DNA of 64,000 nt from Nanobdellota archaeon (GTDB lineage Archaea; Nanobdellota; Nanobdellia; Pacearchaeales; GW2011-AR1). A program made the translations under genes and the position numbers. The stretch is from positions 118,056 through 182,055 of the forward strand of contig JBMOLG010000006.1 of NCBI GenBank assembly GCA_049324275.1, written 5' to 3'. The notes beneath the pieces were generated by a model. That model did not search any database, had not been told where the DNA came from, and saw nothing but the letters and a program-made list of their open reading frames with translations. This document shows positions 27,769-37,379 of this stretch, in pieces (positions within the stretch are counted from its first letter, which is position 1; each line of letters begins with the position of its first letter).

Positions 27769-28752
27769 ATGAAAATGAAACAAAAAGATAAAACGAATCA
27801 AGAGAATGCAAAATTAAGAGAACTTCTTATTAAGTCTCCTAAAGATTTGAATGAGAAATTACTCTCTACGAAGAGAGGTTATTTAAGATACGCAGAAAAA
27901 AAGAGAAAGTTGCCACAGGGATATTTTTTAGAAAGTGGACGCCAGGCTTACAGTAACAATGTTGGATTAAATACAATTATACAAGACGATAAAATTACTG
28001 TTGAGTTTAATCAATTTTACTCTGGAAATGCTAAAGATACCTTAAATAAATTAGCATTTGAATTACATTTTAATGAGTCAGATATTTTTGCAGGAATGTT
28101 ATCTAATTTTTTGCATAACATCTTTTTAGGTGAAAAAGATTTGTCTTATCATAAAAAAATATTTGCAAATAAAGCTCTAGAAATATTGATCAAAAATCGA
28201 GAAACTAAAATATTAACCGAAGAGACTTCTATTTTAAAAAATGAACTTGTGGATGTAATTGATAATTTATATGAGAAAGAATGTTCTGATGACTTACTTC
28301 ATTTGGATGAAGGGGGACAAGGATTTGCATATAAAATCTCTCCAAACAAATACGATTACGGCCAGAATTTTAAATTTAACATATTATCTGATTTATGTGA
28401 AAATGATATATCAAAAAAAGAATTAAGAGAATTAAGGGATGAATCATTAAAATTTCAAATTTCTTATTTTAATTGTCATGTTTTTGATTTCATTGATGAT
28501 TTTTATTGTGATAGTATTAAAGAATTAACATTACGAAAACAGGGATATCATGGAAAAGAGTTATTATTAACATCAGCTAAAGAAAATAAAGACAAGATAG
28601 CAAACAAATACAAAGAAACATGGAATAATTTTCTAGATTCAGTTTACACTCTTCAAAAAGAAACTCAATTGGAAATTTTAAAATATATGGGCCAAAATTT
28701 TAACCCTATTTATTTAGAGATGATTTGTAAGGGGATAAGTAGATGCGAGTGA
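27769..28752 (+). CDS. hypothetical protein (327 aa)
   Basis: Long ATG ORF directly upstream of the KaiC-like ATPase. No motif recognised. Confidence 0.5.
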   Translation: MKMKQKDKTNQENAKLRELLIKSPKDLNEKLLSTKRGYLRYAEKKRKLPQGYFLESGRQAYSNNVGLNTIIQDDKITVEFNQFYSGNAKDTLNKLAFELHFNESDIFAGMLSNFLHNIFLGEKDLSYHKKIFANKALEILIKNRETKILTEETSILKNELVDVIDNLYEKECSDDLLHLDEGGQGFAYKISPNKYDYGQNFKFNILSDLCENDISKKELRELRDESLKFQISYFNCHVFDFIDDFYCDSIKELTLRKQGYHGKELLLTSAKENKDKIANKYKETWNNFLDSVYTLQKETQLEILKYMGQNFNPIYLEMICKGISRCE

Positions 28753-28814
28753 AGAGAATAATCAAAAACATTTATATATCTCTTTCAACCTTTAATAAGA
28801 AAGATGGTGAAAAT

Positions 28815-29678
28815 ATGGTGGGAATACTGACTGAAAGATGCCCGACAGGCATTGCGGGGTTGGATCAAATTTCTCAAGGAGGATTTGTAAGAAATTCTGT
28901 TAATGTTATTATTGGAGGTCCTGGCTCTGGGAAGACTACTTTCATGCTTCAATTTTTGCATAACGGCTCGACAAAATATGATGAAAATGGTCTTTATTGC
29001 AGTTTTGAACCCGATATAATTGAAACACTGAAAGATGCCATGGCATTTGGATGGGATTTTTCAGTTTTAAATGAAAGAGACAAGGTTAAATTTCTTAAAT
29101 TTTCACCGCAGACATCAATCGATGAATTAAAAAGTGAATTAACTCGTCTTATTGCAAAATACAATATCAAACGGGTTTGCTTTGATCCAATTTCAGTCCT
29201 TGCGCTTGCAATAAATGATGAGGGAAAAAGAAGAGAAATGATTTTTGACTTAATTTCTTTGATGAAAAGATTAAAAGTTACAAGTGTCATAGCGGATGAA
29301 TTTATTGATGAAGATTCTGATAGTTTAAGTAAAGTAGATGTTTTGAGATTTTTAACAGATTCTGTCACCTTATTTTATAATTCAAATCTTGCGATTGAAG
29401 GAGATCGTTCATTAAAAATTGCCAAAATGAGAAGAACAAATCATGTCCGGGATTTTGTTGGGATGAACATCTCTTATCAAGGGATGCAGATATTGACTAG
29501 AAACCTAATTAATCAAAATATGCAAAATCAGCAGGCAAGATTCAATCAATCAAACCAGATACAGCAAAGCCCAAATCTTCCATCACAAAATTTACCTGTC
29601 GAACCACCTGCTGTTTTTCAGCCGAAGCAGCTTCCTCCTCTTCCCCCATTAAACAAAGAAATTTCAAAAACTAATTAA
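28815..29678 (+). CDS. KaiC/RadA-like single-domain RecA-superfamily ATPase with Q/N/P-rich C-terminal tail
   Basis: CPTGIAGLDQISQGGF, Walker A GGPGSGKTTFMLQF, Walker B-like RVCFDPIS, then NQNMQNQQARFNQSNQIQQSPNLPSQNLPVEPPAVFQPKQLPPLPPL. Start set at MVGILTER, with TTTATATA at 28771-28778 and GGTGA 5 nt upstream. Confidence 0.8.
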   Translation: MVGILTERCPTGIAGLDQISQGGFVRNSVNVIIGGPGSGKTTFMLQFLHNGSTKYDENGLYCSFEPDIIETLKDAMAFGWDFSVLNERDKVKFLKFSPQTSIDELKSELTRLIAKYNIKRVCFDPISVLALAINDEGKRREMIFDLISLMKRLKVTSVIADEFIDEDSDSLSKVDVLRFLTDSVTLFYNSNLAIEGDRSLKIAKMRRTNHVRDFVGMNISYQGMQILTRNLINQNMQNQQARFNQSNQIQQSPNLPSQNLPVEPPAVFQPKQLPPLPPLNKEISKTN

Positions 29679-29701
29679 GTTTAGTAAAATTGCCAAAAAC
29701 A

Positions 29702-29709
29702 TTTATAAA
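29702..29709 (+). promoter_or_regulatory. TATA box TTTATAAA of the L35Ae-L10e operon
   Basis: Exactly 21 nt separate it from ATG 29731. Confidence 0.6.
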
Positions 29710-29730
29710 GCCATTCTCTAATAATTTAAT

Positions 29731-29991
29731 ATGGTAAAAGGAATAGTCTTACAATTTAGAAGGGGCAGAAAAACATTCACTCCAAAGCATTTTTTAATAG
29801 AAATTTCTAATTGTGATAATCGTGAAAAAGCCCAAAAATATCAGGGCAAGGAAGTAGAATGGAAATCTCCTGCTGGAAAAGTTATAAAAGGTAAGGTTGC
29901 TTCTGCTCATGGAAACAAAGGAGTTGTACGCGCTATTTTTGAAATAGGCTTGCCTGGTCAAGCAATCGGTACAAATGTGGAGGTGAAATAG
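29731..29991 (+). CDS. rpl35ae: Ribosomal protein L35Ae (eL33)
   Basis: KGIVLQFRRGRK...WKSPAGKVIKGKV..AHGNKGVVRAIFE.GLPGQAIG matches archaeal L35Ae end to end. Confidence 0.9.
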   Translation: MVKGIVLQFRRGRKTFTPKHFLIEISNCDNREKAQKYQGKEVEWKSPAGKVIKGKVASAHGNKGVVRAIFEIGLPGQAIGTNVEVK

Positions 29992-30528
29992 ATGGCGTTA
30001 AGAAAAGCTGGAGCTTATTCAAAGAGATATGCAAGACCTTACACACGAAAAAGTAAAGTAAAACAAAAATCTTACATCAAAACTGTTCCAAATTCAAAAA
30101 TTGTAAAATTGAGAATGGGGGATTTGCCTGGATACAGCAAAGGAAGATTTCCAATAATTTTAAAGATTAATGCTAAAGAAGAGGTTCAATTAAGGGATAA
30201 TGCTTTGGAAGCTGTGAGGCAATTTTTAAATAGATTTCTTATTATTAAAACAAATAAAGATTTTTATTTTGAAGTAAAAATATATCCTCACCATATTTTG
30301 CGAGAAAATAAGATGCTTACCGGTGCAGGCGCAGATAGAATGCAGACAGGAATGTCTCAGGCTTTTGGAAAAACAATCGGCAGGGCAGCAAGAATAAAAA
30401 ATGGCCAGACTCTGTTTATAATTGGGGTTTTGAATTCAAAGCATGAATCAGAAGCAAGAAAATTAATTGCATCGGCTAGAGCAAAATTGCCCTGCAAGGT
30501 TGCAATTGAAACTGAAAGAAAAATTTAA
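29992..30528 (+). CDS. rpl10e: Ribosomal protein L10e (uL16)
   Basis: MALRKAGAYSKRYARPYTRKSK..., GADRMQTGMSQAFGK. It starts directly after the L35Ae stop. Confidence 0.9.
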   Translation: MALRKAGAYSKRYARPYTRKSKVKQKSYIKTVPNSKIVKLRMGDLPGYSKGRFPIILKINAKEEVQLRDNALEAVRQFLNRFLIIKTNKDFYFEVKIYPHHILRENKMLTGAGADRMQTGMSQAFGKTIGRAARIKNGQTLFIIGVLNSKHESEARKLIASARAKLPCKVAIETERKI

Positions 30529-30532
30529 TTTT

Positions 30533-30796
30533 TTAAAAATCTTTTTTTAAACTGTACTTTTTCATTTTTCTCCAAACTGTTGTTTTTCCAACACCTAATA
30601 TTTTAGAAGCCTTTTCTAAACTATAATCTGTTTCTTTTAATGCATATAAATAAATGGCCTTTTCATAAAGATTTGTTAATGAAATTTTAGGATTATTAAG
30701 TGTTCGATAAATGCGATAAATTGGTTCTGCTTCTTCAGAAATTCTTTTAACAAGATCAGGAAGAGAATTTCCCTGTGTTTTTTCTTCAATTCCCAT
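30533..30796 (-). CDS. Small DNA-binding protein with Fis-type HTH (87 aa)
   Basis: The C-terminal LEKASKILGVGKTTVWRKMKKY is an HTH_8/Fis-like helix-turn-helix. Confidence 0.55.
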   Translation of the reverse strand: MGIEEKTQGNSLPDLVKRISEEAEPIYRIYRTLNNPKISLTNLYEKAIYLYALKETDYSLEKASKILGVGKTTVWRKMKKYSLKKDF

Positions 30797-30854
30797 ATTT
30801 TGCTTAAAAAATCCTTTTTTAAAAATTTATATACACTTAAATTAGTATAATTCA

Positions 30855-31946
30855 ATGGAATATTTTTTTGTTTTAGGAAGAAATCCCCTATTATCGCGGG
30901 CAGAATTATTCTCTTATTTAGAATCTTATAAAATGCAATTTAAAGAGATATTATTTGAAAGAAATTTCTTAGTTTTAGAATTAAATGAATTCAAATTTGA
31001 TATTCAGGAATTTGGCGGATTAATTAAATTAGGGAGAATATTATTTAAAGGAACAATAGAAGGATTTCAAAAGTTTATTGATAAAGAGGACTTGGTAAAC
31101 AGCGATAAGTTTTCTTATAGTGTCCTGGGCAATGTTAATGATGACTTTTTTATTAAGAAATTTAAATCAGAAAGAAGAAAAGCAATTATACGAAGAGGAA
31201 GCAAATATATAAAATTCCAGGATGAAGAATTTTTTTCTATTCCTAATGCAGAAGTTGACTTTTTTTCGTATGAGCATAAAGATAAAATCTTTTTTGGAAT
31301 AGTGAACTATACGTATTCTTATTCAGAGGTTAAAAAAAGGGATATGCAAAAGCCGGTCAGAAGAGAGAGTTTGGCTATTTCCCCGCGATTAGCTAAAATT
31401 TTGATAAATCTTTCGCAGGCGAGAAAAGGAAACTTATTGTTAGACCCCTTTTGCGGTATTGGAGCAATTTTGCAGGAAGCCTTAATAAGAGGAATTAATG
31501 TTTATGGCGTCGATAAAGATAGAGATGCGATAGAAGGTGCAGAAAAAAACCTAAAATGGCTCAAATCAAATTTTGATATAAAGGCAAATTATAAATTGTT
31601 AAACAAAAATTCTTCTATGATTCGAAATATCCCTTGTTGGGCAATTGCAACTGAGCCAACATTAGGAGAAGCACTAAAGAAAAGGCCGGATAATGCCAAA
31701 GCAAAATTTCTGATTGAATCTTTTGAAGGGCAAATTATTCCTGTTTTAAAAAATTTAGCCAGGATAAAAAAACCCGGAGCAAGGATTGCAATGACACTAC
31801 CCTTTATCCGTGAATTTTCCGTAAATCTTAAAAATGTTGAAAAACAGACAGGATTAAGGATTTACAAGCAGAATGAATTAATGCTTCCTATAAAAGAATT
31901 CAGAGAAGACCAGTTCATATCGAGAGAGATAATAATTTTAATCTGA
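30855..31946 (+). CDS. Trm11/Trm-G10-like RNA (guanine-N2) methyltransferase homologue
   Basis: N-terminal MEYFFVLGRNPLLSRAELFSYLE (Trm11-type N-domain), LAKILINLSQARKGNLLLDPFCGIGAILQEA, YGVDKD. Motif IV reads ATEPTLG rather than D/NPPY. Confidence 0.6.
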   Translation: MEYFFVLGRNPLLSRAELFSYLESYKMQFKEILFERNFLVLELNEFKFDIQEFGGLIKLGRILFKGTIEGFQKFIDKEDLVNSDKFSYSVLGNVNDDFFIKKFKSERRKAIIRRGSKYIKFQDEEFFSIPNAEVDFFSYEHKDKIFFGIVNYTYSYSEVKKRDMQKPVRRESLAISPRLAKILINLSQARKGNLLLDPFCGIGAILQEALIRGINVYGVDKDRDAIEGAEKNLKWLKSNFDIKANYKLLNKNSSMIRNIPCWAIATEPTLGEALKKRPDNAKAKFLIESFEGQIIPVLKNLARIKKPGARIAMTLPFIREFSVNLKNVEKQTGLRIYKQNELMLPIKEFREDQFISREIIILI

Positions 31947-32042
31947 TTGCTCTTCGGCAAACTCCTCGTTATCTTCTGATTTTTGGAAGTTTTTCTTATT
32001 GTAGGAAAAGTAAGGCACGTATATTATTTCCGGATTCACCAT
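31938..32042 (-). CDS. 34-aa acidic mini-ORF; not in the ORF track
   Basis: MVNPEIIYVPYFSYNKKNFQKSEDNEEFAEEQSD. It is locally GC-richer than its surroundings. A TATA-like octamer at 32064-32071 lies exactly 21 nt upstream. Its 3' end overlaps the stop region of 30855-31946. Confidence 0.3.
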   Translation of the reverse strand: MVNPEIIYVPYFSYNKKNFQKSEDNEEFAEEQSD

Positions 32043-32082
32043 CTAAAAGTATATAATCAAATAAATATATAAATCTATCGCA

Positions 32083-33867
32083 ATGGAAAAGGAAACTGAC
32101 AAAAAAATTGATGTAAAATACAGTCTTAGACTTTACTATAATTTAGCAAAAGAATATAAATGGGAATTTATCTTCATCATTTTTCTGACATTAATTGTTG
32201 AGTCAATGCCATTAATTAACAGCATTTTTTTGAAAATAATCGTTGATAAAGGAACAAATTTTTCCGCAGGGATCTTAAGTTTAACTGAATTTGTCAACCT
32301 TCTGATAATAATTTCGGCAATCTACTTTATAATTTTAGTCATCAGGATTTTTGCAAATTGGTTTAGAGACGGCTCATTGATTAAAGTAGAGGCAAATATG
32401 ATAACAAATCTGAAAAGAAAATTCTTTAATCATTTGATTATGCTGGACCATGATTTTCACATAAATCAAAAAACAGGCGGGCTTATTTCGAAGCTAATAA
32501 GGGGGGCAGGCTCTGTTGAGAAATTGTCTGATTTAATGATATATAATTTTCTTCCGATGATAATTCAAGTTATTATCGTGAGCCTGTCTTTAATCTACTT
32601 TAATCTTATTTCTGTATTTATTGTATTTATTACAATGGCAATTTTCATTTTATACAGCTTATTTATTTATCGGCTTCAAAGGAATGCTAATGTAAAATAT
32701 AATGAGCTTGATGACCGTGAGAAATCAAATATCAGTGACTTCTTTACTAACATCCATTCAATCAAATACTTTGGGAAAGAAAGGCGAATAAAAAATCTTT
32801 ATAAAAAAATCAGCGACGAATCCCAAGAAGCAATGGAAGACTTTTGGAATTATGGAAAATTGGCTTCAATAGGGCAAATTCTGATATTGAGTGTCGGCAC
32901 GTTTTTCATTTTATATTTTCCCATGAAGGATTTTTTAATGGGAAAGATTACCATTGGGGCTATCACTTTTATTTATGGGATTTATGCACAGCTGGGCTTT
33001 TATTTGTTTAATTTTGTAAGCGGGACTCAAACGTTTAACAAAGTAATGGCAGATGTCGACGATTTATTTAAATACAACAAAATCGAAAATAATGTAAAAG
33101 ATAAAACTAATGCAAAAGAGCTGAAGATAGAAAAAGGAGAAATAGAATTCAGAAATTTAAGTTTTAGTTATCATAAAAGAAAGCTATTTGAAAATTTCAA
33201 TTTGAAAATTGAAAAAAACAAAAAAATTGCACTGGTCGGGCATTCTGGATGCGGAAAAACTACCTTGATAAAATTATTATACAGGTTCTATGACCTTGAT
33301 TCAGGAAGCATATTCATAGATGGGAATAATATCGCTGACTTGAAACAGGAATCGTTAAGGAGCGAGATGTCTATTGTGCCACAGGAATGTGTTTTATTCG
33401 ACGATACAATTTATAATAACATTGCTTTTTCAAATCCAAACGCATCAAGGGAAGAAGTCATGAAGGCAATACAATTTTCGCAATTAGACAAGATTATTGA
33501 AAAGCTTCCAAAAAAAGAAAATACCATTGTAGGTGAGAGGGGAGTCAAATTATCTGGAGGAGAAAAGCAGAGAGTATCGATTGCACGTGCAATATTAGCC
33601 AATAAAAAAATTCTTATGCTGGATGAAGCGACTTCTGCATTAGATTCAGAAACAGAATTTGAAATTCAAAAAGATCTTGAAAAATTGATGCATGGAAGAA
33701 CATCGATTATCATTGCTCATAGATTATCTACAATAATGAAAGCAGATTTGATAGTAGTAATGGCTAATGGAAGAATTGTACAAGAAGGAACGCATGAAGA
33801 ACTGATTAATCGGGAAGGTGAATATAAAAAATTGTGGAATCTTCAAAAAGGCGGTTATATTAAATAG
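32083..33867 (+). CDS. ABC exporter, fused TMD-NBD (MsbA/multidrug type)
   Basis: Six-helix ABC_membrane domain, Walker A GHSGCGKTT, signature LSGGEKQR, Walker B ILMLDEATSALD and an H-loop IIAHRL. Confidence 0.9.
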   Translation: MEKETDKKIDVKYSLRLYYNLAKEYKWEFIFIIFLTLIVESMPLINSIFLKIIVDKGTNFSAGILSLTEFVNLLIIISAIYFIILVIRIFANWFRDGSLIKVEANMITNLKRKFFNHLIMLDHDFHINQKTGGLISKLIRGAGSVEKLSDLMIYNFLPMIIQVIIVSLSLIYFNLISVFIVFITMAIFILYSLFIYRLQRNANVKYNELDDREKSNISDFFTNIHSIKYFGKERRIKNLYKKISDESQEAMEDFWNYGKLASIGQILILSVGTFFILYFPMKDFLMGKITIGAITFIYGIYAQLGFYLFNFVSGTQTFNKVMADVDDLFKYNKIENNVKDKTNAKELKIEKGEIEFRNLSFSYHKRKLFENFNLKIEKNKKIALVGHSGCGKTTLIKLLYRFYDLDSGSIFIDGNNIADLKQESLRSEMSIVPQECVLFDDTIYNNIAFSNPNASREEVMKAIQFSQLDKIIEKLPKKENTIVGERGVKLSGGEKQRVSIARAILANKKILMLDEATSALDSETEFEIQKDLEKLMHGRTSIIIAHRLSTIMKADLIVVMANGRIVQEGTHEELINREGEYKKLWNLQKGGYIK

Positions 33868-33925
33868 TCACTTTTTAGTTATGACAATTAGAAAAATTTA
33901 AAAATAGATTAATCTCTAATAATTC

Positions 33926-34363
33926 ATGGATAATACTTCAGAAGAAACAAAAATAAAAAAAATAAGAACTCTTGTAAATCGAGCAGTAATCTTTGGGATG
34001 GCAAGTCTAATCTCAGTATTTACTTACATGGGCATTAACAAACTTCCTGAAGAAGAATTCTCTATAAATCAGTGGTATAGTGTGAAAACTGACTATTCAA
34101 ATAGAGGAGATTCAATAGACAAAATTCTTTCAACTCAAAATTTCAGAAATGCATTAGAACTGCAAGCACAGCAACAATTAAGCGATGCTTCCGAGGCCAT
34201 ATCTCATGGAAGAGATCCATTAATTTATTTAGAAAAAGCATCAGAACTTTATAAAATAATAATTGCGTCTATTTCAGACTCAACAGATTTTCCTAATTTT
34301 AAAGAGGGATATACGAATGCTCAAGAAGAAATTAGAAAGCAAATGGTGAATTATAACAAATAA
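33926..34363 (+). CDS. hypothetical membrane-anchored protein (145 aa)
   Basis: TTTAAAAA at 33897-33904 lies 21 nt upstream. One TM helix (AVIFGMASLISVFTYMGI). Confidence 0.4.
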   Translation: MDNTSEETKIKKIRTLVNRAVIFGMASLISVFTYMGINKLPEEEFSINQWYSVKTDYSNRGDSIDKILSTQNFRNALELQAQQQLSDASEAISHGRDPLIYLEKASELYKIIIASISDSTDFPNFKEGYTNAQEEIRKQMVNYNK

Positions 34364-34378
34364 TTGGATGGCTGTAAA

Positions 34379-34990
34379 ATGTCATTAGAAGATAAATTTT
34401 ACCCGGATGATGGAAGTTGCATCAACAAGTTTGACAACTTTATGATTAAAGCAGCAGGATGCGTCGGGGAAACTTATCAAAGTGTTACAGGAGATGATTA
34501 TAAGGGATTAGTGAAAATTTCATTTGATTTAGCTTCAAAACTTTCTTTGATCTCTATAGTTGGAAATCCTGTTTCAATTTTATCATATTATCTTATTAAA
34601 AGCTATAAAGAAAATCCTGATTTTAATACTCCGCTGCAAGAAGAGATTAAATTAGAAGCATATGGGAAAAATAAAAAGAAGCATAAATATGCCAGATGCA
34701 TAACACTGGCAGTTTCAGGCGGACTAATAATTCTTGGTTATTCGCTCCATTCATTAAACTCTTCATTATATGCGCAAGAAGAAATTTATAATATATTTAA
34801 GATAACTAATCTAGCTATAATTATGGAAGGAATGTCACTTGGAATTTTTGATTTTGCTCAATATCTTTCAAAAGCAAATATGCCAAAACCTCCGAAAGGA
34901 AGTATATGGGATCGAACTAAAAAGAAATTAAAAGATTATTTTGGACCTAAACCTGTTTTGAAGCCCATTCCAATTCCTGTTGAATATTAA
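34379..34990 (+). CDS. hypothetical membrane protein (203 aa)
   Basis: Start taken at the first ATG (MSLEDKF). Several hydrophobic segments. Confidence 0.4.
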   Translation: MSLEDKFYPDDGSCINKFDNFMIKAAGCVGETYQSVTGDDYKGLVKISFDLASKLSLISIVGNPVSILSYYLIKSYKENPDFNTPLQEEIKLEAYGKNKKKHKYARCITLAVSGGLIILGYSLHSLNSSLYAQEEIYNIFKITNLAIIMEGMSLGIFDFAQYLSKANMPKPPKGSIWDRTKKKLKDYFGPKPVLKPIPIPVEY

Positions 34991-35092
34991 TAAATTATTT
35001 GCTTGAATTAGAGCATTGCAAAATTAAATTTTAACAATTCCTTACTACAAAAAAATATAAAACTTTAAATAATCAAATTGTATAAAAGAATC

Positions 35093-37378
35093 ATGAAAGA
35101 GAGGTTTATAATTTGGTTATCTGGGCTTTCTAAAAATGATATCCCCTTAGCCGGAGGAAAAGGGGCAAATCTTGGAGAAATGTTTAACTCCAGATTTCCA
35201 GTTCCACAGGCGTTTGTAGTTACAACTTATGCTTATGATTATTTTCTAAAAAAAACAAGGCTAGCTGATACTATCAATGAGATTCTTTCTAAAGTTGATG
35301 TTGATGACATTAATCAATTAGATGAATGTTCTAAGCAAATCAAAGAATTAATCATCAATGCTGAAATGCCTGAAGAATTAAAAAGGGAAATATTGGAAGC
35401 TTACGATCAGTTTAATATAGATTTAGATTTATTGCGTGAAGCCCCAAACGCATTAGCTATCATGAAATCAGCACGCGAGCCTATTTTTGTTTCAGTTAGA
35501 AGCTCTGCAACTGCTGAAGATTTGGGCAATGCAAGTTTTGCAGGGCAACAAGAATCTTTTATTAATGTTAAGGGAAACATTGACTTAATTTTAAATGTGA
35601 AAAAGGTTTTTGCATCAATTTTCACTGCCCGTTCAATCTATTATAGAAAAAAGAGGGGATTTGAATCTAACGTTCAGATTGCAGTTATAGTTCAAAAGAT
35701 GATTAATTCAGATAAATCAGGTGTAATGTTCTCTGTTGATCCCATAAAAAATAAGAATATCCTCATTGAAGCGGTATTTGGCCAGGGAGAAGGAATTGTT
35801 TCAGGAAGAATAAAGCCTGACAGATATGTAGTTTCAAGAAATTTTGAGATACTTGAAGCAGAGACTTCTGATAAAAAAATAGCAATCATAAGAGACGCCT
35901 CGGGAATTACAAAAACTGTCCAGTTAACAGAAGGTAAATCTAAACAAAAAGTTTTGAAAACTTATGAAATAAAACAGTTAGCGGATTATGCCATTAAACT
36001 AGAAGAACATTATAGCTTACCACAGGATATTGAATTTGCGATTGAAGGCGATAATATTTACATTCTTCAGACTAGGCCGATTACAACATTAAAAGAAACT
36101 GAAGAGCACAAGGAATTAGAAGGAACAATTATCTTATCCGGATTAGCGGCATCTCCTGGAATAGGTTCCGGACCTGTAAAAATAGTAAATTCCATGAATG
36201 ATTTGCCCAAGGTCAAGAAGGGAGATGTTTTAGTTACTCAAATGACTAATCCTGATATGGTTGTAACAATGCAAAAGGCCTCTGCAATAATAACTGATGA
36301 AGGAGGGGCTACAAGTCATGCAGCGATTGTTTCAAGAGAAATGGGAATTCCTGCAATTGTCGGAACTGAAAATGCAACTTCTGTTTTAGAAGATGGGATG
36401 GAAATTACCGTTGATGGATATAATGGAAAAGTTTATTTGGGAAAAACAGAAAACAAGGCAGTTGAGATATTGCCAATAGTTGAAACAAAAACAAAAATCA
36501 AAGTTTTAGTTGATTTGCCCGAATTTGCAGAACGGGCTGCAAAAACTAAAGCAGTTGGAATTGGGCTTGTAAGAATTGAAGGAATAATTGCTTCTTCAGG
36601 AAAACATCCGTTATACTATTACAAAAATAAGAAAGTTGACGATTATAAAGAATTATTAAAAAAAGGGATGAGCAAAATTGCAGATGCTTTTATTGGAAAA
36701 GAAATTTGGATTAGAACATCGGATATAAGAAGTGATGAATATTCAAATCTTGAGGGGGCTCCAAAAGAGATTGAGAGAAATCCAATGTTAGGATTTCATG
36801 GAATAAGATTTTCTTTAAAATATCCTGAATTGCTAAAAGCAGAGTTAGAGGCTGTTAAAGAGCTTGCTGAAAAAGGCCATAAATTTGGAATCATGTTTCC
36901 TCAAGTAATCTCTCCGAATGAAATAAAAGAAGTTAAAAAGATAATGAAAGAGTTGGATATGATTAAAAAGGAAAACATAAAGGTTGGAGCAATGATTGAA
37001 ACCCCTGCAGCAGTTATGTTAATTGAAGATATTTGCAAGGAAGGGATTAGTTTTATTTCATTCGGAACAAATGATTTAACACAATTTACATTAGCAATTG
37101 ACCGTGGAAATGAAGATGTGCAATATCTTTATAATGAAAGTGATTGGGCTATTTTAAAGCAGATCTCAAGAGTTATAAGAGTATGCAAGAGATTTGGTGT
37201 AGAAACTTCAATATGCGGTCAAGCTGGCTCAAAGAAAGACATGGTAGAATTTTTGGTCAAACAAGGGATTGATTCTATTTCTGTAAACGCAGATGTTGCA
37301 AAAGAAATTTCAGAATTTGTTCAGCAATTGGAAAAAAATTTGCATGATATTAAAACTCCTGAAATAGAAGCTGATTGA
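35093..37378 (+). CDS. ppsA: Phosphoenolpyruvate synthase (pyruvate, water dikinase)
   Basis: GGKGANLGEM, a swivel domain with TDEGGATSHAAIVSREMGIPAIVG, and a PEP-utilising TIM barrel (GFHGIRF, FISFGTNDLTQ). TTTAAATA at 35064-35071 lies 21 nt upstream. Confidence 0.92.
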   Translation: MKERFIIWLSGLSKNDIPLAGGKGANLGEMFNSRFPVPQAFVVTTYAYDYFLKKTRLADTINEILSKVDVDDINQLDECSKQIKELIINAEMPEELKREILEAYDQFNIDLDLLREAPNALAIMKSAREPIFVSVRSSATAEDLGNASFAGQQESFINVKGNIDLILNVKKVFASIFTARSIYYRKKRGFESNVQIAVIVQKMINSDKSGVMFSVDPIKNKNILIEAVFGQGEGIVSGRIKPDRYVVSRNFEILEAETSDKKIAIIRDASGITKTVQLTEGKSKQKVLKTYEIKQLADYAIKLEEHYSLPQDIEFAIEGDNIYILQTRPITTLKETEEHKELEGTIILSGLAASPGIGSGPVKIVNSMNDLPKVKKGDVLVTQMTNPDMVVTMQKASAIITDEGGATSHAAIVSREMGIPAIVGTENATSVLEDGMEITVDGYNGKVYLGKTENKAVEILPIVETKTKIKVLVDLPEFAERAAKTKAVGIGLVRIEGIIASSGKHPLYYYKNKKVDDYKELLKKGMSKIADAFIGKEIWIRTSDIRSDEYSNLEGAPKEIERNPMLGFHGIRFSLKYPELLKAELEAVKELAEKGHKFGIMFPQVISPNEIKEVKKIMKELDMIKKENIKVGAMIETPAAVMLIEDICKEGISFISFGTNDLTQFTLAIDRGNEDVQYLYNESDWAILKQISRVIRVCKRFGVETSICGQAGSKKDMVEFLVKQGIDSISVNADVAKEISEFVQQLEKNLHDIKTPEIEAD

Positions 37379-37379
37379 G

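Noticed and set aside
33926-34990. Two ORFs in the same frame separated only by TAA (34361-34363), possibly one gene with stop-codon read-through
   Set aside because: Being in the same frame has a one-in-three chance. A good ATG (34379) follows 15 nt later, and nothing suggests that the two halves belong to one domain.
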